A stretch of 64,000 nt of DNA from an uncultured Gammaproteobacteria bacterium. Lineage in GTDB: Bacteria; Patescibacteriota; Microgenomatia; UBA10105; UBA927. The stretch's first letter is position 1. Every line of letters starts with the position of its first letter. This document shows positions 1-9,766 of this stretch, one piece after another. The DNA is taken from assembly GCA_964621305.1 (NCBI GenBank), contig CAZUOM010000007.1:5422-69421 (forward strand), read 5' to 3'. Below the pieces are notes generated by a model. The model was not told the origin of the DNA, did not search any database, and was given only the letters and a program-made list of their open reading frames with translations. The position numbers were made by a program, and so were the translations under genes.

Positions 1-780
1 GTACCGATCCTTACGGTGGTCCCAGTTGCGGCTTTGGTGGCCTTTTACCATCGTCATATCCAACAGAACATCTTTCCCTGGACCAGTTACCTAAGATGGG
101 AGAAGGTAGAGTATCCCATTAGGGTTTCTGACTATCTACAGGCATTGGGTCCAACCGTTCCTTTGTTCCTTCTTGCACTTGTTTGGTTGTGGAAGAGAAA
201 GAGTGCTGGTAGGCTATTGATTGCCTGGGTGGCAAGCAGTTGGATCGGGCTTTTTTTGGTTCCATACATTCCTTTAAGTAACAGTCGGTACCTTGGCGGA
301 TACCAGTTTATTCCGCTTGCCATCGGGGCGGTTGCTGGAATCTGGCGGCTGAGGTATCCGGTGGCCCGAGCGGTTATGGCGATGGCGCTTCTGGGTTACT
401 TTTCAGTTGGACTTTTGGCGTCTTGGAGAGAGCATGTCGGGTACGTGGAACAAAACAAAAACAGTATCCAAGTTTATGTGCCAAACGATCTTACGGATGC
501 GTTTCGTTTTATTGAAAAAAATACGTCCAAAGACAGCGTCATTGCGGCCCCCTATGAGATTTCTACGATGATTCCGGCCCTCACTGGACGCCGCGTGGTT
601 GCCGGACACCCCATGATGACCTATCAAGCGCAAGAGAAACGAGCGGATCTTGAAAAAATTTTGTCCGGACAAGTGAGAAAATACAACCCATCCTACCTTC
701 TTGTACCAACTTCCCATCGACTGCCGTATCCGGTGGCTTTTACCAATTCTTCCATCGTTTTATATAAATTTCCGAATTGA
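1..780 (+). CDS. GT-C-type membrane protein, 5'-truncated by window edge
   Basis: Frame open from base 1; TM helices then soluble C-terminal domain with 'MIPALTGRRVVAGH', matching the C-termini of the ORFs at 5725, 7275, 11683 and 31594. Confidence 0.7.
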   Translation, partial: VPILTVVPVAALVAFYHRHIQQNIFPWTSYLRWEKVEYPIRVSDYLQALGPTVPLFLLALVWLWKRKSAGRLLIAWVASSWIGLFLVPYIPLSNSRYLGGYQFIPLAIGAVAGIWRLRYPVARAVMAMALLGYFSVGLLASWREHVGYVEQNKNSIQVYVPNDLTDAFRFIEKNTSKDSVIAAPYEISTMIPALTGRRVVAGHPMMTYQAQEKRADLEKILSGQVRKYNPSYLLVPTSHRLPYPVAFTNSSIVLYKFPN

Positions 781-1412
781 AAAAATGCCGACGTGCCGTG
801 TTTCCTTGGGTAGTGGCGTACACCAACTTCTGCAAAGCGAGCGCCTGATTTTTGCAGTTTGCAAATTAACTCAAGACAGATGACGCCGCTTGTGCTCGTG
901 AGGACAATGTTTTTTAGTAGCGAACGCCGGATGAGACGAAAATCGCAATCAATATCCCGGATTGGGATGGAGTAAAGGCGATGAAGGGCCCAATTGTAGA
1001 GTGTGCCCATGACGCGACGGATCATTGGGTCGCTCCGGCGGACTTTATATCCGTTGACCACATCAATCCCCGGGCCGAGTTTGCTTGCCAGCTTTTTTAG
1101 TTGGTTCGGGTCATATTGGCCATCGCCGTCAGTATAAAACACCCAGTCGTAATTTGACGCGGCAAAACCGGCTCGTAGCGCCCCGCCGTAGCCACTAGGG
1201 TAGCGGTGACGGACAGCACGAAGGCGGGGGTATTTTTTGGCAAGTTTTTTTAAGACACCCGGTGTGTCATCAGTTGACCCATCGTCGATGACGATAATTT
1301 CGTATGCGTTAGTTATGACACGAGCCACCCGATCGGCTTTTGCAACCAGCTCCGGCAAAACCGGCGCGTCGTTGAGCGTGGGGAAGAAGATGGATAGAGA
1401 AGAAAGTCTCAT
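693..1412 (-). CDS. GT2 glycosyltransferase (polyprenol-phosphate sugar synthase-like)
   Basis: 'IIVIDDGSTD', 'GYGGAL', 'TDGDGQY', 'DIDCDFRL' motifs. Confidence 0.9.
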   Translation of the reverse strand: MRLSSLSIFFPTLNDAPVLPELVAKADRVARVITNAYEIIVIDDGSTDDTPGVLKKLAKKYPRLRAVRHRYPSGYGGALRAGFAASNYDWVFYTDGDGQYDPNQLKKLASKLGPGIDVVNGYKVRRSDPMIRRVMGTLYNWALHRLYSIPIRDIDCDFRLIRRSLLKNIVLTSTSGVICLELICKLQKSGARFAEVGVRHYPRKHGTSAFFQFGNLYKTMEELVKATGYGSRWEVGTRR

Positions 1413-2542
1413 GTTGCAAAGTAGCCGCGGGTAAAAAGCGTCATGTATGCCAGGAATAATATGAAGGAGATAGTAAAGCAGGCGAGCTTAATGAGCCAGT
1501 GCCTGGAGATGAGCAGGAGGCAGATTGTCAGATACATGGGGAAGAGGTGCAAGCCGTAGCGCGGGAAACCGGCGAAGGTGCCGGTGATAGTGGGAATAAG
1601 GACTGAGACAAAGAAAAAGACCCAGTATGACGGTCGAATTTTTTTATATGCATAAATGAGGAGGGCGATGAGGAAAAGAACAAACCCCAGTTCTCCGACT
1701 GCCACCCAATAGTTGAGTTTGGCCGGATCTGCCGTGATAAGAATTTTGAAATACCGCCAAAACACCTGAAGCGGAAACACCGGTTTATCCTGTTCCCAAA
1801 CCTTCATCGCATCAAAAAGTGCATACCAGCTGCCAAATTTATACTGGACGTAAGAGAGGTAGCCAGCAAATGCACCGGGAATGAGCAGGAATGAAAAAAA
1901 AGGTTTCCAGTTCGCGATTTTAACTGCCGTCAGATACTCGACGATTAAATACCAAAATAACGCCAGCCCGTTAAGACGAGTCAGTGTGGCAAAGGCTCCG
2001 GCAAGACTTGCTGCAAGCCAACGTTTTTGTCTGCCCCAGTAAATGGAAAGCGTAGCAAGAAAGAAAAAGAGTGAATCGTTGTAGACGGCGCCATAATAAA
2101 AGCTCGTGGGCCAAGATAGCACGATGAGGAAAACAAGCGGGACGAGGGAGGCGAGGCGATCTAGAACTAAAAGCTTTCGAATAACGAAAAGTGCTGCCAC
2201 TAGGGCGGCAAGAGAGACGAGCTGTCCAGCGATAAGGAGGGGCAGGCCCGTTAATTTTCTTACCACCCACATGGCCGCAGGGAAAAGCGGAAAAAAAGGC
2301 TGTTGGCCATGAAGATAACCTTCCTGTTGGGCCACTGCCATGTAATAGAAGCCGTCGAGGTTTCCCCATACCCAGAGGCCATATGGAAGGTCCAGGCCGA
2401 ACTGGGTGAATTTTATATCGCGGATAGCGGTCAAGGGTTCTTGTAGCGGCATGAGACCTGCCAGTCCATAGGAAGCTGCAATAATTGCTATTTTCCAAAG
2501 AATTACCAAGCCGACGACAAAGAGAAAAAAACGACTAGACAT
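1409..2542 (-). CDS. GT-C mannosyltransferase-like (PIG-V-like) membrane protein
   Basis: 'WGNLDGFYYMAVAQQEGY', 'FFPLFP', 'YNDSLFF', 'PRY' motifs, multi-TM; start moved to ATG 2542. Confidence 0.8.
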   Translation of the reverse strand: MSSRFFLFVVGLVILWKIAIIAASYGLAGLMPLQEPLTAIRDIKFTQFGLDLPYGLWVWGNLDGFYYMAVAQQEGYLHGQQPFFPLFPAAMWVVRKLTGLPLLIAGQLVSLAALVAALFVIRKLLVLDRLASLVPLVFLIVLSWPTSFYYGAVYNDSLFFFLATLSIYWGRQKRWLAASLAGAFATLTRLNGLALFWYLIVEYLTAVKIANWKPFFSFLLIPGAFAGYLSYVQYKFGSWYALFDAMKVWEQDKPVFPLQVFWRYFKILITADPAKLNYWVAVGELGFVLFLIALLIYAYKKIRPSYWVFFFVSVLIPTITGTFAGFPRYGLHLFPMYLTICLLLISRHWLIKLACFTISFILFLAYMTLFTRGYFAT

Positions 2543-3653
2543 ATTGGAAAAACCGTTTAAGAGAGTCAACGATATAGTAAACATCCTTCTTTGTCAGAAA
2601 TTCGTGGAAAGGTAAAGAGATAACCCTATCTGATAGGCGTTCCGCTACGGGGAAATCGCCACGCCTACGGCCAAGCATGGCAAATGCAGGAACCAGGTGG
2701 ACGGCGTGTGGATAGTGGACTAGGGTAGGAATTTTTTTTGATGAAAGATACACGCGCATTCTGTCTCGTTGGTCGGTATCTATGACCAATAGGTGGGGAG
2801 CGGGCGTACTCAAAGGATGAGAAGACAAAAGTCTAACTTTTGTATCAATATTTGATACGTTTATTGCTTCTTTATACCACTGGTAAACCAGATGACGTTT
2901 TTTTTGATTTTTGGGAAATACTCTTAGTGCCGCAAGTAGGCTTGCTGCCTGAAGTTCCGGTAGCCTGCTGTGGCCGGCAATACGTTGGCTTTCGTACTTG
3001 ACTATTTCACCGTACTGTTTGGCGCCTCTTATGAAAGAAGTGATGCTTTTGTTTTTGGTACAGATCGCCCCTCCGTCGCCGGCTGAGCCGAGATTTTTGG
3101 TTGGATAAAAGGAAAAACATCCAATATCGCTAAGCGTTCCTACGGGTTGACCTTTCCATGTGGCGCCAAATGCCTGTGCGCAATCTTCGATGAGACTGAT
3201 GCGAAGATTGGTGCATAACGTACGGATAGGATCCACATTTCCTACAAGTCCGTACATATGGACCAAAATAACGACTTTTGTTTTTTTTGTGATTATCGCT
3301 TGAAGGAATGTTGGATCCAACTGGCCATTTTGGTCTACGTCGGCAAGGACGGCTGTTGCACCGGATAGGACAACGGGGAAAGCCGTCGGGTAGGCATTTG
3401 CCGGGATGATGACTTCATCAGATGGAGTAAGATCCAGTGACTGGAGAGCCAGGAGGAGCGCGTCATGACCACTTGCACATGTTGTGACCCTGCCTTGGCC
3501 GAGTTTTTTTTCTAAAGATAGCGACAGGCGTGCGTTTTCTTTCCCTTCTAAAAATACTCCGGACTCTGTCACCCGAGAAAAAGCAGCGAGCAATTCTTTT
3601 TTATGATCGACGGCTGCCTGTTGCACACCGTTGAAAGAAATATAGGGTCGCAT
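2535..3653 (-). CDS. DegT/DnrJ/EryC1/StrS PLP-dependent sugar aminotransferase
   Basis: 'IEDCAQAFGA', 'FSFYPTKNLGSAGDGG'; start placed at ATG 3653 to avoid the long overlap. Confidence 0.9.
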   Translation of the reverse strand: MRPYISFNGVQQAAVDHKKELLAAFSRVTESGVFLEGKENARLSLSLEKKLGQGRVTTCASGHDALLLALQSLDLTPSDEVIIPANAYPTAFPVVLSGATAVLADVDQNGQLDPTFLQAIITKKTKVVILVHMYGLVGNVDPIRTLCTNLRISLIEDCAQAFGATWKGQPVGTLSDIGCFSFYPTKNLGSAGDGGAICTKNKSITSFIRGAKQYGEIVKYESQRIAGHSRLPELQAASLLAALRVFPKNQKKRHLVYQWYKEAINVSNIDTKVRLLSSHPLSTPAPHLLVIDTDQRDRMRVYLSSKKIPTLVHYPHAVHLVPAFAMLGRRRGDFPVAERLSDRVISLPFHEFLTKKDVYYIVDSLKRFFQYV

Positions 3654-3663
3654 GTCCTTAACA

Positions 3664-4257
3664 TTAGTCTCGTTGGGGTTTCCAAAAGTCTCTGCCTTGT
3701 ATGTCCCATGGCAGACGATGCTCGTCGGGGTTTTGTAGATCGAACTGCTCAGAAGCACAGTAGAGAATTGGTACCGGTTGACTGGTGAGATTAACGGATC
3801 CGTGTGCAACTCCTGCTGGTATCAGAAGCATCGTTGGTCCGGATTTACCCATCACGAGGCGAGATATGATGCCGTTGGTTGGAGACGTTTTCCTTATATC
3901 CCAGAGGCCAACGATAAGGTGCGCATCTGTTGGAACATACCAAAGCTCATCTTGAATGAAGTGGAGGTGCCAAGCTTTTATTGCACCAGGATACTGGAGG
4001 CTTCGGGATATTTGTCGGACATGAAAGCTTGGCATATCCTCAAGGTGGCCATGAGCGTTGAGTTTAAATATTTCAACAAAATCACTATCTTCTGACACGT
4101 GATGTGTGCGTGAAAGTGTTTCGACTCCGTGGATTGTCTTCGCATGTCCGTACGATTGGGTGTAGACGCTTTTGCGCACGGAGTCGTTTATGTCGTCGAT
4201 GGTGATGGGTCTATTCATTACCCTGTCATTATCCTTTACCGGAGCCATTTTCGTCAA
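3664..4257 (-). CDS. dTDP-4-dehydrorhamnose 3,5-epimerase-like cupin (RmlC family)
   Basis: 'GAIKAWHLH..QDELW', 'DIRKTSPT', 'IPAGVAHG', 'PDEHRLPWD'. Confidence 0.85.
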   Translation of the reverse strand: MTKMAPVKDNDRVMNRPITIDDINDSVRKSVYTQSYGHAKTIHGVETLSRTHHVSEDSDFVEIFKLNAHGHLEDMPSFHVRQISRSLQYPGAIKAWHLHFIQDELWYVPTDAHLIVGLWDIRKTSPTNGIISRLVMGKSGPTMLLIPAGVAHGSVNLTSQPVPILYCASEQFDLQNPDEHRLPWDIQGRDFWKPQRD

Positions 4258-5011
4258 GCAGACTTTGGCTTGGTAGCAATAGCTATGATGCCAACACCTA
4301 ATGGTAGGTTGAAAAAGCGCAGAACGAAGGCTTCAGCAAAGAGAACGTGTGACAAGATGTTATTGATAAATCTTGGCAAGACAAGGATGCTTGATGTGTC
4401 AATTTTTGGGAGATGGAGGAAGCCAGCGATTGCGTTAAGCATCATGACTGGAAAAAATACCGCGTTTGCGTATGAAAGTTTATTGATGTAAAAGCCTGAC
4501 GACAGCAGTTTTTTTGCAATCCGTTTTTGGTATAGCGTTCTCTTGTATGGACAAGTCGGTCATGAAACGTCATAAACAGAGGATGGGCGGGAACACGAAC
4601 AATGAGCAACCCCCCTGGTTTGAGTGTCCGGTAACATTCACGAAGTGCACGTTGGTCGTTGACAAGTCGGTGATATAAAACATCCATGCTTACAATCACG
4701 TCAAAAGAATTATTACGATAGGGAAGTTCGTTGACCGATGCGATACTAGCGTTGACATGAGCTGCTTTGGCAAGTTTTACCGCAATCGGAGAAATGTCTA
4801 TGGCATCCACTTGGCCAAACTTATTGAGGTCTTTGACCAGGTGACCAGTGCCACAGCCGGCATCGAGTATATGGAAAGAGTTCATGGGCAGGTGAGTGTG
4901 TAATTTTTGGAGATAGTTTTTAAGCAGTGAGACAATGATGGCACGATTACCTACGTAGTAGAAGTGACTTGCTTGACGTGTGGCAACAGCGTAGTATTCA
5001 GACGTTTTCAT
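4254..5011 (-). pseudogene. Class I SAM-dependent methyltransferase split by a frameshift in an A7 tract
   Basis: 'ILDAGCGTG' SAM motif in 4442..5011; one extra A at 4509-4515 joins it in frame to 4254..4445 (…LQKKLLSSGFYINKLSYANAVFFPVMMLN…). Confidence 0.8.
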
Positions 5012-5040
5012 GATAATCGTATTGTATACTGACTGAAAGT

Positions 5041-5781
5041 ATGTTAAAAAGATCTAATATAGTGGTCGTGATGCCTGCGTACAACGCAGCACGCACGCTT
5101 GGTGAGACAGTAAGAGAGATCCCCAAAGGCTTTGCAAAAAAAATTATCCTCGTGGATGACGGATCAACCGACGGTACAGTTGCTTTGGCCAAAAGGCTGG
5201 GCATCACTGTCTTCGCTCATCCGGTAAATACCGGCTACGGCGGAAACCAAAAAACGTGCTACTGGGAGTCGCTTAAGTTCAAACCTGATGTTGTCGTTAT
5301 GCTTCACCCGGATTACCAGTATGACGGTAGCCGACTGCCGAACTTGGTAGCCCCCATTTTATCCGGAGAATGCGGCATGATGATAGGTTCACGGATTCGC
5401 ACTCGGCACGAAGCCCTCGTCGGCGGTATGCCGGTCGTGAAGTATTTTTTAAATAGAATTCTGACGACAATAGAAAATATGGTGTTGGGGGTAAATCTAT
5501 CCGAGCATCTATCGGGTCTGCGAGCGTATTCTAGAAACGTCATCATGACGGTCCCGTTTCAGCGATTCTCCAACGATTTTGTTTTTGACCAGCAGTTCCT
5601 TATCTCAACGTTAACCCATGGTTTTCTCGTCGGCGAAATTCCGGTCCCAGTCCGTTACCACGAGAAGGCTTCATCAATCGGCTACCTTGCTGGCACCAAA
5701 TTTTTGTTGGAAACATTTTGGTGCTTATTGTTGTATGTCCTCCATTCGTTTCGTATCTACCGATCGACCTGGTACGAGTGA
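5041..5781 (+). CDS. GT2 glycosyltransferase (Dpm1-like)
   Basis: 'VMPAYNA', 'LVDDGSTD', 'GYGGNQK', 'HPDYQY'. Confidence 0.9.
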   Translation: MLKRSNIVVVMPAYNAARTLGETVREIPKGFAKKIILVDDGSTDGTVALAKRLGITVFAHPVNTGYGGNQKTCYWESLKFKPDVVVMLHPDYQYDGSRLPNLVAPILSGECGMMIGSRIRTRHEALVGGMPVVKYFLNRILTTIENMVLGVNLSEHLSGLRAYSRNVIMTVPFQRFSNDFVFDQQFLISTLTHGFLVGEIPVPVRYHEKASSIGYLAGTKFLLETFWCLLLYVLHSFRIYRSTWYE

Positions 5782-7239
5782 CGTATCGACGGCAACGACA
5801 GATACGTTTTCATCGGTAAATGTTGGCACAAGGAAACGATACTTATTGGTTGGTAAAGCTGAAAGCGGCTTTGTGTCGACTCCGAAGAGGACATAGTTGA
5901 CTTTTTGCTCCCGGACAAAATCGAGGGCATCTTCCTGGTTCATCCGGCCGTCGATAAACGCGAAGACGCGGTCACGAAGGGGGTAATAGTCGGCAACAGA
6001 GTCATCGCGGCCGATGACGCTTCGGTGTTTGGTAAACGCTGGGATCATTTGGCTCACATATTCCCCGGAGACAACAACGTGTTCGTTCGGAAACGTATTG
6101 AGAAAACGAAATGCAGAAAGTAGCGGCTTTGGGACGAACACATTGTAGGACGAAAGATTATGCGGTTTAAGGAGGGTCTTCATAGTGGTGACATATACTA
6201 TGACCCCATAGAGAAGGACTGCGGTGATAACGAGCGCACTAGCAAATTTCCTTATGAAAAAAACTGCAAGAAGAGTAATAGGGATGTATTGATAGGTCTG
6301 TAAAAGTCGCGAATAATTGATGGGCAAAACAGTTCCGACCAGCGGGAACAAAAGTATAGGTACATAGGCCCACGTGATAAGCGTTATAAAGACAAATGAG
6401 AGTTTTTTTCGCATAATCCATACGCCGATTGCTGACAGGGGAAAGAGCGGTCCGAGCGATAAGATATAGTTAAGGTACGTTGTCGGTGGATTAAAATGAA
6501 GCATTCGTTCGTACATAATCGACCAAGGTGGGACCGAGCCAAGAATAAACATAGTATAGAGAAGTATTGGCGAAGTGCTCACTAGGAGTATCATAAAATG
6601 CCGGCCCATGCGCTTTACGCTCGGGGCCAAAAACAGGAGCGAGAAAAGAAAAATGGAAGGGTTAAGAAGCGCAAGGCACCAACCGAGGACGACGGATCGG
6701 CCTAGACTTCGTTTTGCAAAGGCTATTATCATGCCCATCCAGGCTGCGAGTGCTAGCAGGTGATGCGGGGGCAGAGAGTATTTGGAGATAATGCCAAAGT
6801 GGTTGCTCCATGGGACGGTCTCAAACCCCGTGCCAAAAAGAAAAAGCAGCAATCCGATGGCGCGGCGCAATGTTGAAGGAAAGAGCATGCTCATCAATTG
6901 ATAAAGCGTGAAGAAAAACGCAAGGAGAGAGACTGCGCGTAGTACAAGGTAGGCTATCGGCGTAGAAAGATTAAAGAAGCCGGCGATGATACCGGTGATT
7001 GAAAAAAGGGGATGAACAAGCACATGGGGTTGGGCAGTGGCACGGTATCTGCTATCAAGGAGAACTTGTCCCAGTGACCCACTTTCGATCCATGAGAGAT
7101 ACTGGTAGTAGTCAGGGAGAAATCCTTCGGCAAATACGAATTCGGTATTGGGCGGACTGTTGCGCCACTGTATGATAGTAGAGATAAAGACGTTCCCAAA
7201 AACTATAGCGGTGAATAAGAGAAAATAGATTGACTTCAT
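5725..7239 (-). CDS. GT-C-type multi-pass membrane protein
   Basis: 'PDYYQYLSWIESG' loop motif, many TM helices, 'MIPAFT..SVIG' C-domain; first in-frame ATG at 7239. Confidence 0.7.
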   Translation of the reverse strand: MKSIYFLLFTAIVFGNVFISTIIQWRNSPPNTEFVFAEGFLPDYYQYLSWIESGSLGQVLLDSRYRATAQPHVLVHPLFSITGIIAGFFNLSTPIAYLVLRAVSLLAFFFTLYQLMSMLFPSTLRRAIGLLLFLFGTGFETVPWSNHFGIISKYSLPPHHLLALAAWMGMIIAFAKRSLGRSVVLGWCLALLNPSIFLFSLLFLAPSVKRMGRHFMILLVSTSPILLYTMFILGSVPPWSIMYERMLHFNPPTTYLNYILSLGPLFPLSAIGVWIMRKKLSFVFITLITWAYVPILLFPLVGTVLPINYSRLLQTYQYIPITLLAVFFIRKFASALVITAVLLYGVIVYVTTMKTLLKPHNLSSYNVFVPKPLLSAFRFLNTFPNEHVVVSGEYVSQMIPAFTKHRSVIGRDDSVADYYPLRDRVFAFIDGRMNQEDALDFVREQKVNYVLFGVDTKPLSALPTNKYRFLVPTFTDENVSVVAVDTSLVPGRSVDTKRMEDIQQ

Positions 7240-7274
7240 AAAAATACTTTTTTCGAACGTCAGTTTACCATACA

Positions 7275-8906
7275 ATGTGGGATATCGTGAGGAGATACAT
7301 TTTTTCTTTGCTGATTCTGTTTTTTGTCGGATTTTCGTTGTGGCCGACTATCTATGAGATAGCTCGTCGTGACAGTATACAACCTAATCGAGCTTTTGAA
7401 CTTATCCACAACTTCCCGACGGACTATAACTTTTATCTTTCTCGAATCCGCCAGGGGATCGAAGGACGGACTATGGTGGTTGAACAATATACATCTGAGC
7501 CGCATGGGGGATCGTTGGTTCACATATTCTATCTTGCACTCGGTTGGATTGGGCGTTGGGTTCGCGTGCCTTGGGAGCGGGCAGGGGACGTATATCATAT
7601 AGCCAGAATTGTATTTGGTGTGACACTTCTTTGGCTCATGGCAATGTTTACAAAACAAGCATTTTCCCATTCTCGGTTTTCGATTGTTTCTTTTCTATTA
7701 GCAGTTACCGCCTCTACGTGGCCGACACTGGTATTTTACAACGGCGGGTGGCGGTTCGGAGGCTACATGCCCTGGTGGTCTCTGATGGATAGTCTCCAGA
7801 GGATCACGTTTATTCCCCATCTATTGGCTGGTCAGGCGCTGACTTTGTTTTTAGTGATGTCTACTTCAGACGACAAAGTTATGTCAAAAGGAGGCAACTG
7901 GATCTTCTTGGGGATACTTGCATTCGTTCTTGGCATCATTTTTCCTCCTGGATTGTTTTTTGTGCTCGTCGTCATGAGCATCGGGGAAGTATGGCATATA
8001 CGGAAGATATGGGGACGAATTCTTTCACGGGTAGTCATCTTTGGGTTGGCGCTTCCTGCGTTGGTTTACCTCCAGATGATAACGTCGTTTTATCCATGGA
8101 AGCGGTTGACGGAATTTGACATCATCAAACCACTTCCATTTAATTATCTCGAGTACTTTTTAGCAGTTGGGCCGTTGCTTCCTTTGGGATTGGTCGGATT
8201 AATCGCTGCTCTTATTCGGAGGGAAAAATCTATGATTCTATCGACGGCCTGGGTAGCCGCGTGGCTTTTCTTACTTTTTGCCTTCAGGTTTGTTCCTCAA
8301 CAGTCACCTCTACGGTTTTCAGAGATGATTCCTCACGTACCGCTGGCGGTTTTATCCTCTTATATTTTTTATAATCTTTACAATCGTTATAAACGCTATA
8401 ACCGTTATATTCTTCTTTTTCCGGCTACCATTATTGCAGTTGGTTTAGGGGTTATGCTTTCTTCTATTTGGTGGCAGCGAGATTTCATCGATCATAAAAT
8501 GAGCGCGTCCTATCCACTCGTTCCGACCGGTAGTTACGTCATGTACCCGCTCAAAGATTTTATTGCCGCAATGAAGTTTCTGCAGGATAGAACCACTAGA
8601 GATACAGTTATTTTTTCAGAAACAACAGCTGGCAACTACATGCCGGTATATAGCGGCAATACGGTATATGTTGGGCACGCCAATACTGTGAAAGCCGAGG
8701 AAAAAGAGATTATTGTCCGGCGGTTTTTCAGCGGTCAAATGAAAGTTGATGAGGCGAAAACCTGGCTTTTGCAAAACAATTTGCACTTTATTTTCTTTGG
8801 CCCACAGGAGAAAGAGGTGGGAGGAGTAGCGGAGTTGTCAAAAATTTATCCGTTCCTTAAATCTATTTACACCAATAATTTTGTTACTGTTTATAAAAGT
8901 CAATGA
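7275..8906 (+). CDS. GT-C-type multi-pass membrane protein
   Basis: 'TDYNFYLSRIRQG…YTSE', TM helices, 'YMPVYSGNTVYVGH' C-domain. Confidence 0.75.
   Translation: MWDIVRRYIFSLLILFFVGFSLWPTIYEIARRDSIQPNRAFELIHNFPTDYNFYLSRIRQGIEGRTMVVEQYTSEPHGGSLVHIFYLALGWIGRWVRVPWERAGDVYHIARIVFGVTLLWLMAMFTKQAFSHSRFSIVSFLLAVTASTWPTLVFYNGGWRFGGYMPWWSLMDSLQRITFIPHLLAGQALTLFLVMSTSDDKVMSKGGNWIFLGILAFVLGIIFPPGLFFVLVVMSIGEVWHIRKIWGRILSRVVIFGLALPALVYLQMITSFYPWKRLTEFDIIKPLPFNYLEYFLAVGPLLPLGLVGLIAALIRREKSMILSTAWVAAWLFLLFAFRFVPQQSPLRFSEMIPHVPLAVLSSYIFYNLYNRYKRYNRYILLFPATIIAVGLGVMLSSIWWQRDFIDHKMSASYPLVPTGSYVMYPLKDFIAAMKFLQDRTTRDTVIFSETTAGNYMPVYSGNTVYVGHANTVKAEEKEIIVRRFFSGQMKVDEAKTWLLQNNLHFIFFGPQEKEVGGVAELSKIYPFLKSIYTNNFVTVYKSQ
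8370..8408 (+). repeat. Degenerate 9-mer tandem tract within CDS (YNL-YNR-YKR-YNR-Y)
   Basis: tataatctt tacaatcgt tataaacgc tataaccgt tat. Confidence 0.6.
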
Positions 8907-9766
8907 AGTGTTACTTATGTCGCTGCCAAATGCAGACATTTATTAAAAAAAATGGTTACGAAATTTGGGATTGTCCTAATTGCGGCTTTAAGTCGACGGA
9001 TTTACACCAGGATTATAAGATTTTTGTTCAGAAATTTTATTCTCAGGAATATTTTACAGGCGATCCGACACGAGGTGCTTACTTTGATTACAAAAGAGAC
9101 AAACCCTACATAGTTCGAAACATGAAGAAAGTTCTTACAAAAATTAAGCTATATAAAAGAGGTGGCCGTTTGTTAGACGTTGGTTGTGCAATGGGATTTT
9201 TTGTCGAGCTAGCTTTGGATGCTGGATTTGACGCGTATGGCATAGACCCTTCACATTATGCAATTTCAAATCGCGCCGAAAATCTTAACGGAAGGCTGCA
9301 GATGGGAACAGTTGATACTATCCGTTTTGCCGCTAAATCTTTTGACGTGATTACCATGCTTGATGTCATCGAGCACTTACCAGATCCGAGAAGAGTTCTA
9401 AAGAAAGCACTTACTCTTCTTAAAGACGACGGAATTGTTGTCATCGCAACCGGTGATACAGATAGTGTATATGCAAAAATCTTTAAGCGACGCTGGACGT
9501 TTTACAATCCGCCCCAACACTTACATTTCTTTTCGCGCAGAATTTTCCTTAAGTTCTTGCTAGAAACCGGATTCAAACCTTTGACAACATTTATTATCGG
9601 AAAATGGTTAAGCTTGAGGTACGTATTGCACTTGGCAAAAACAGGAGCAGAAAGCATTTTTGCTGGCAGGCTTTCTTATTTAGTTAAAAAAATCAGAATT
9701 GACTGGCTGCCCCTTTTTTTGCCGGCGCGCGACAACTTCGTCGTTATTGCCAGAAAGACAAAGTGA
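8903..9766 (+). CDS. Class I SAM-dependent methyltransferase with N-terminal CxxC…CxxC
   Basis: 'CYLC…CPNC', 'LLDVGCAMG', 'DVIEHL', 'PQHLHFF'. Confidence 0.9.
   Translation: MKCYLCRCQMQTFIKKNGYEIWDCPNCGFKSTDLHQDYKIFVQKFYSQEYFTGDPTRGAYFDYKRDKPYIVRNMKKVLTKIKLYKRGGRLLDVGCAMGFFVELALDAGFDAYGIDPSHYAISNRAENLNGRLQMGTVDTIRFAAKSFDVITMLDVIEHLPDPRRVLKKALTLLKDDGIVVIATGDTDSVYAKIFKRRWTFYNPPQHLHFFSRRIFLKFLLETGFKPLTTFIIGKWLSLRYVLHLAKTGAESIFAGRLSYLVKKIRIDWLPLFLPARDNFVVIARKTK

Noticed and set aside
7661-7690. Possible decayed heptamer tract (SHSRFSIV); similar weak 9-mers near 7980 and 31895
   Set aside because: Too degenerate to distinguish from chance by eye
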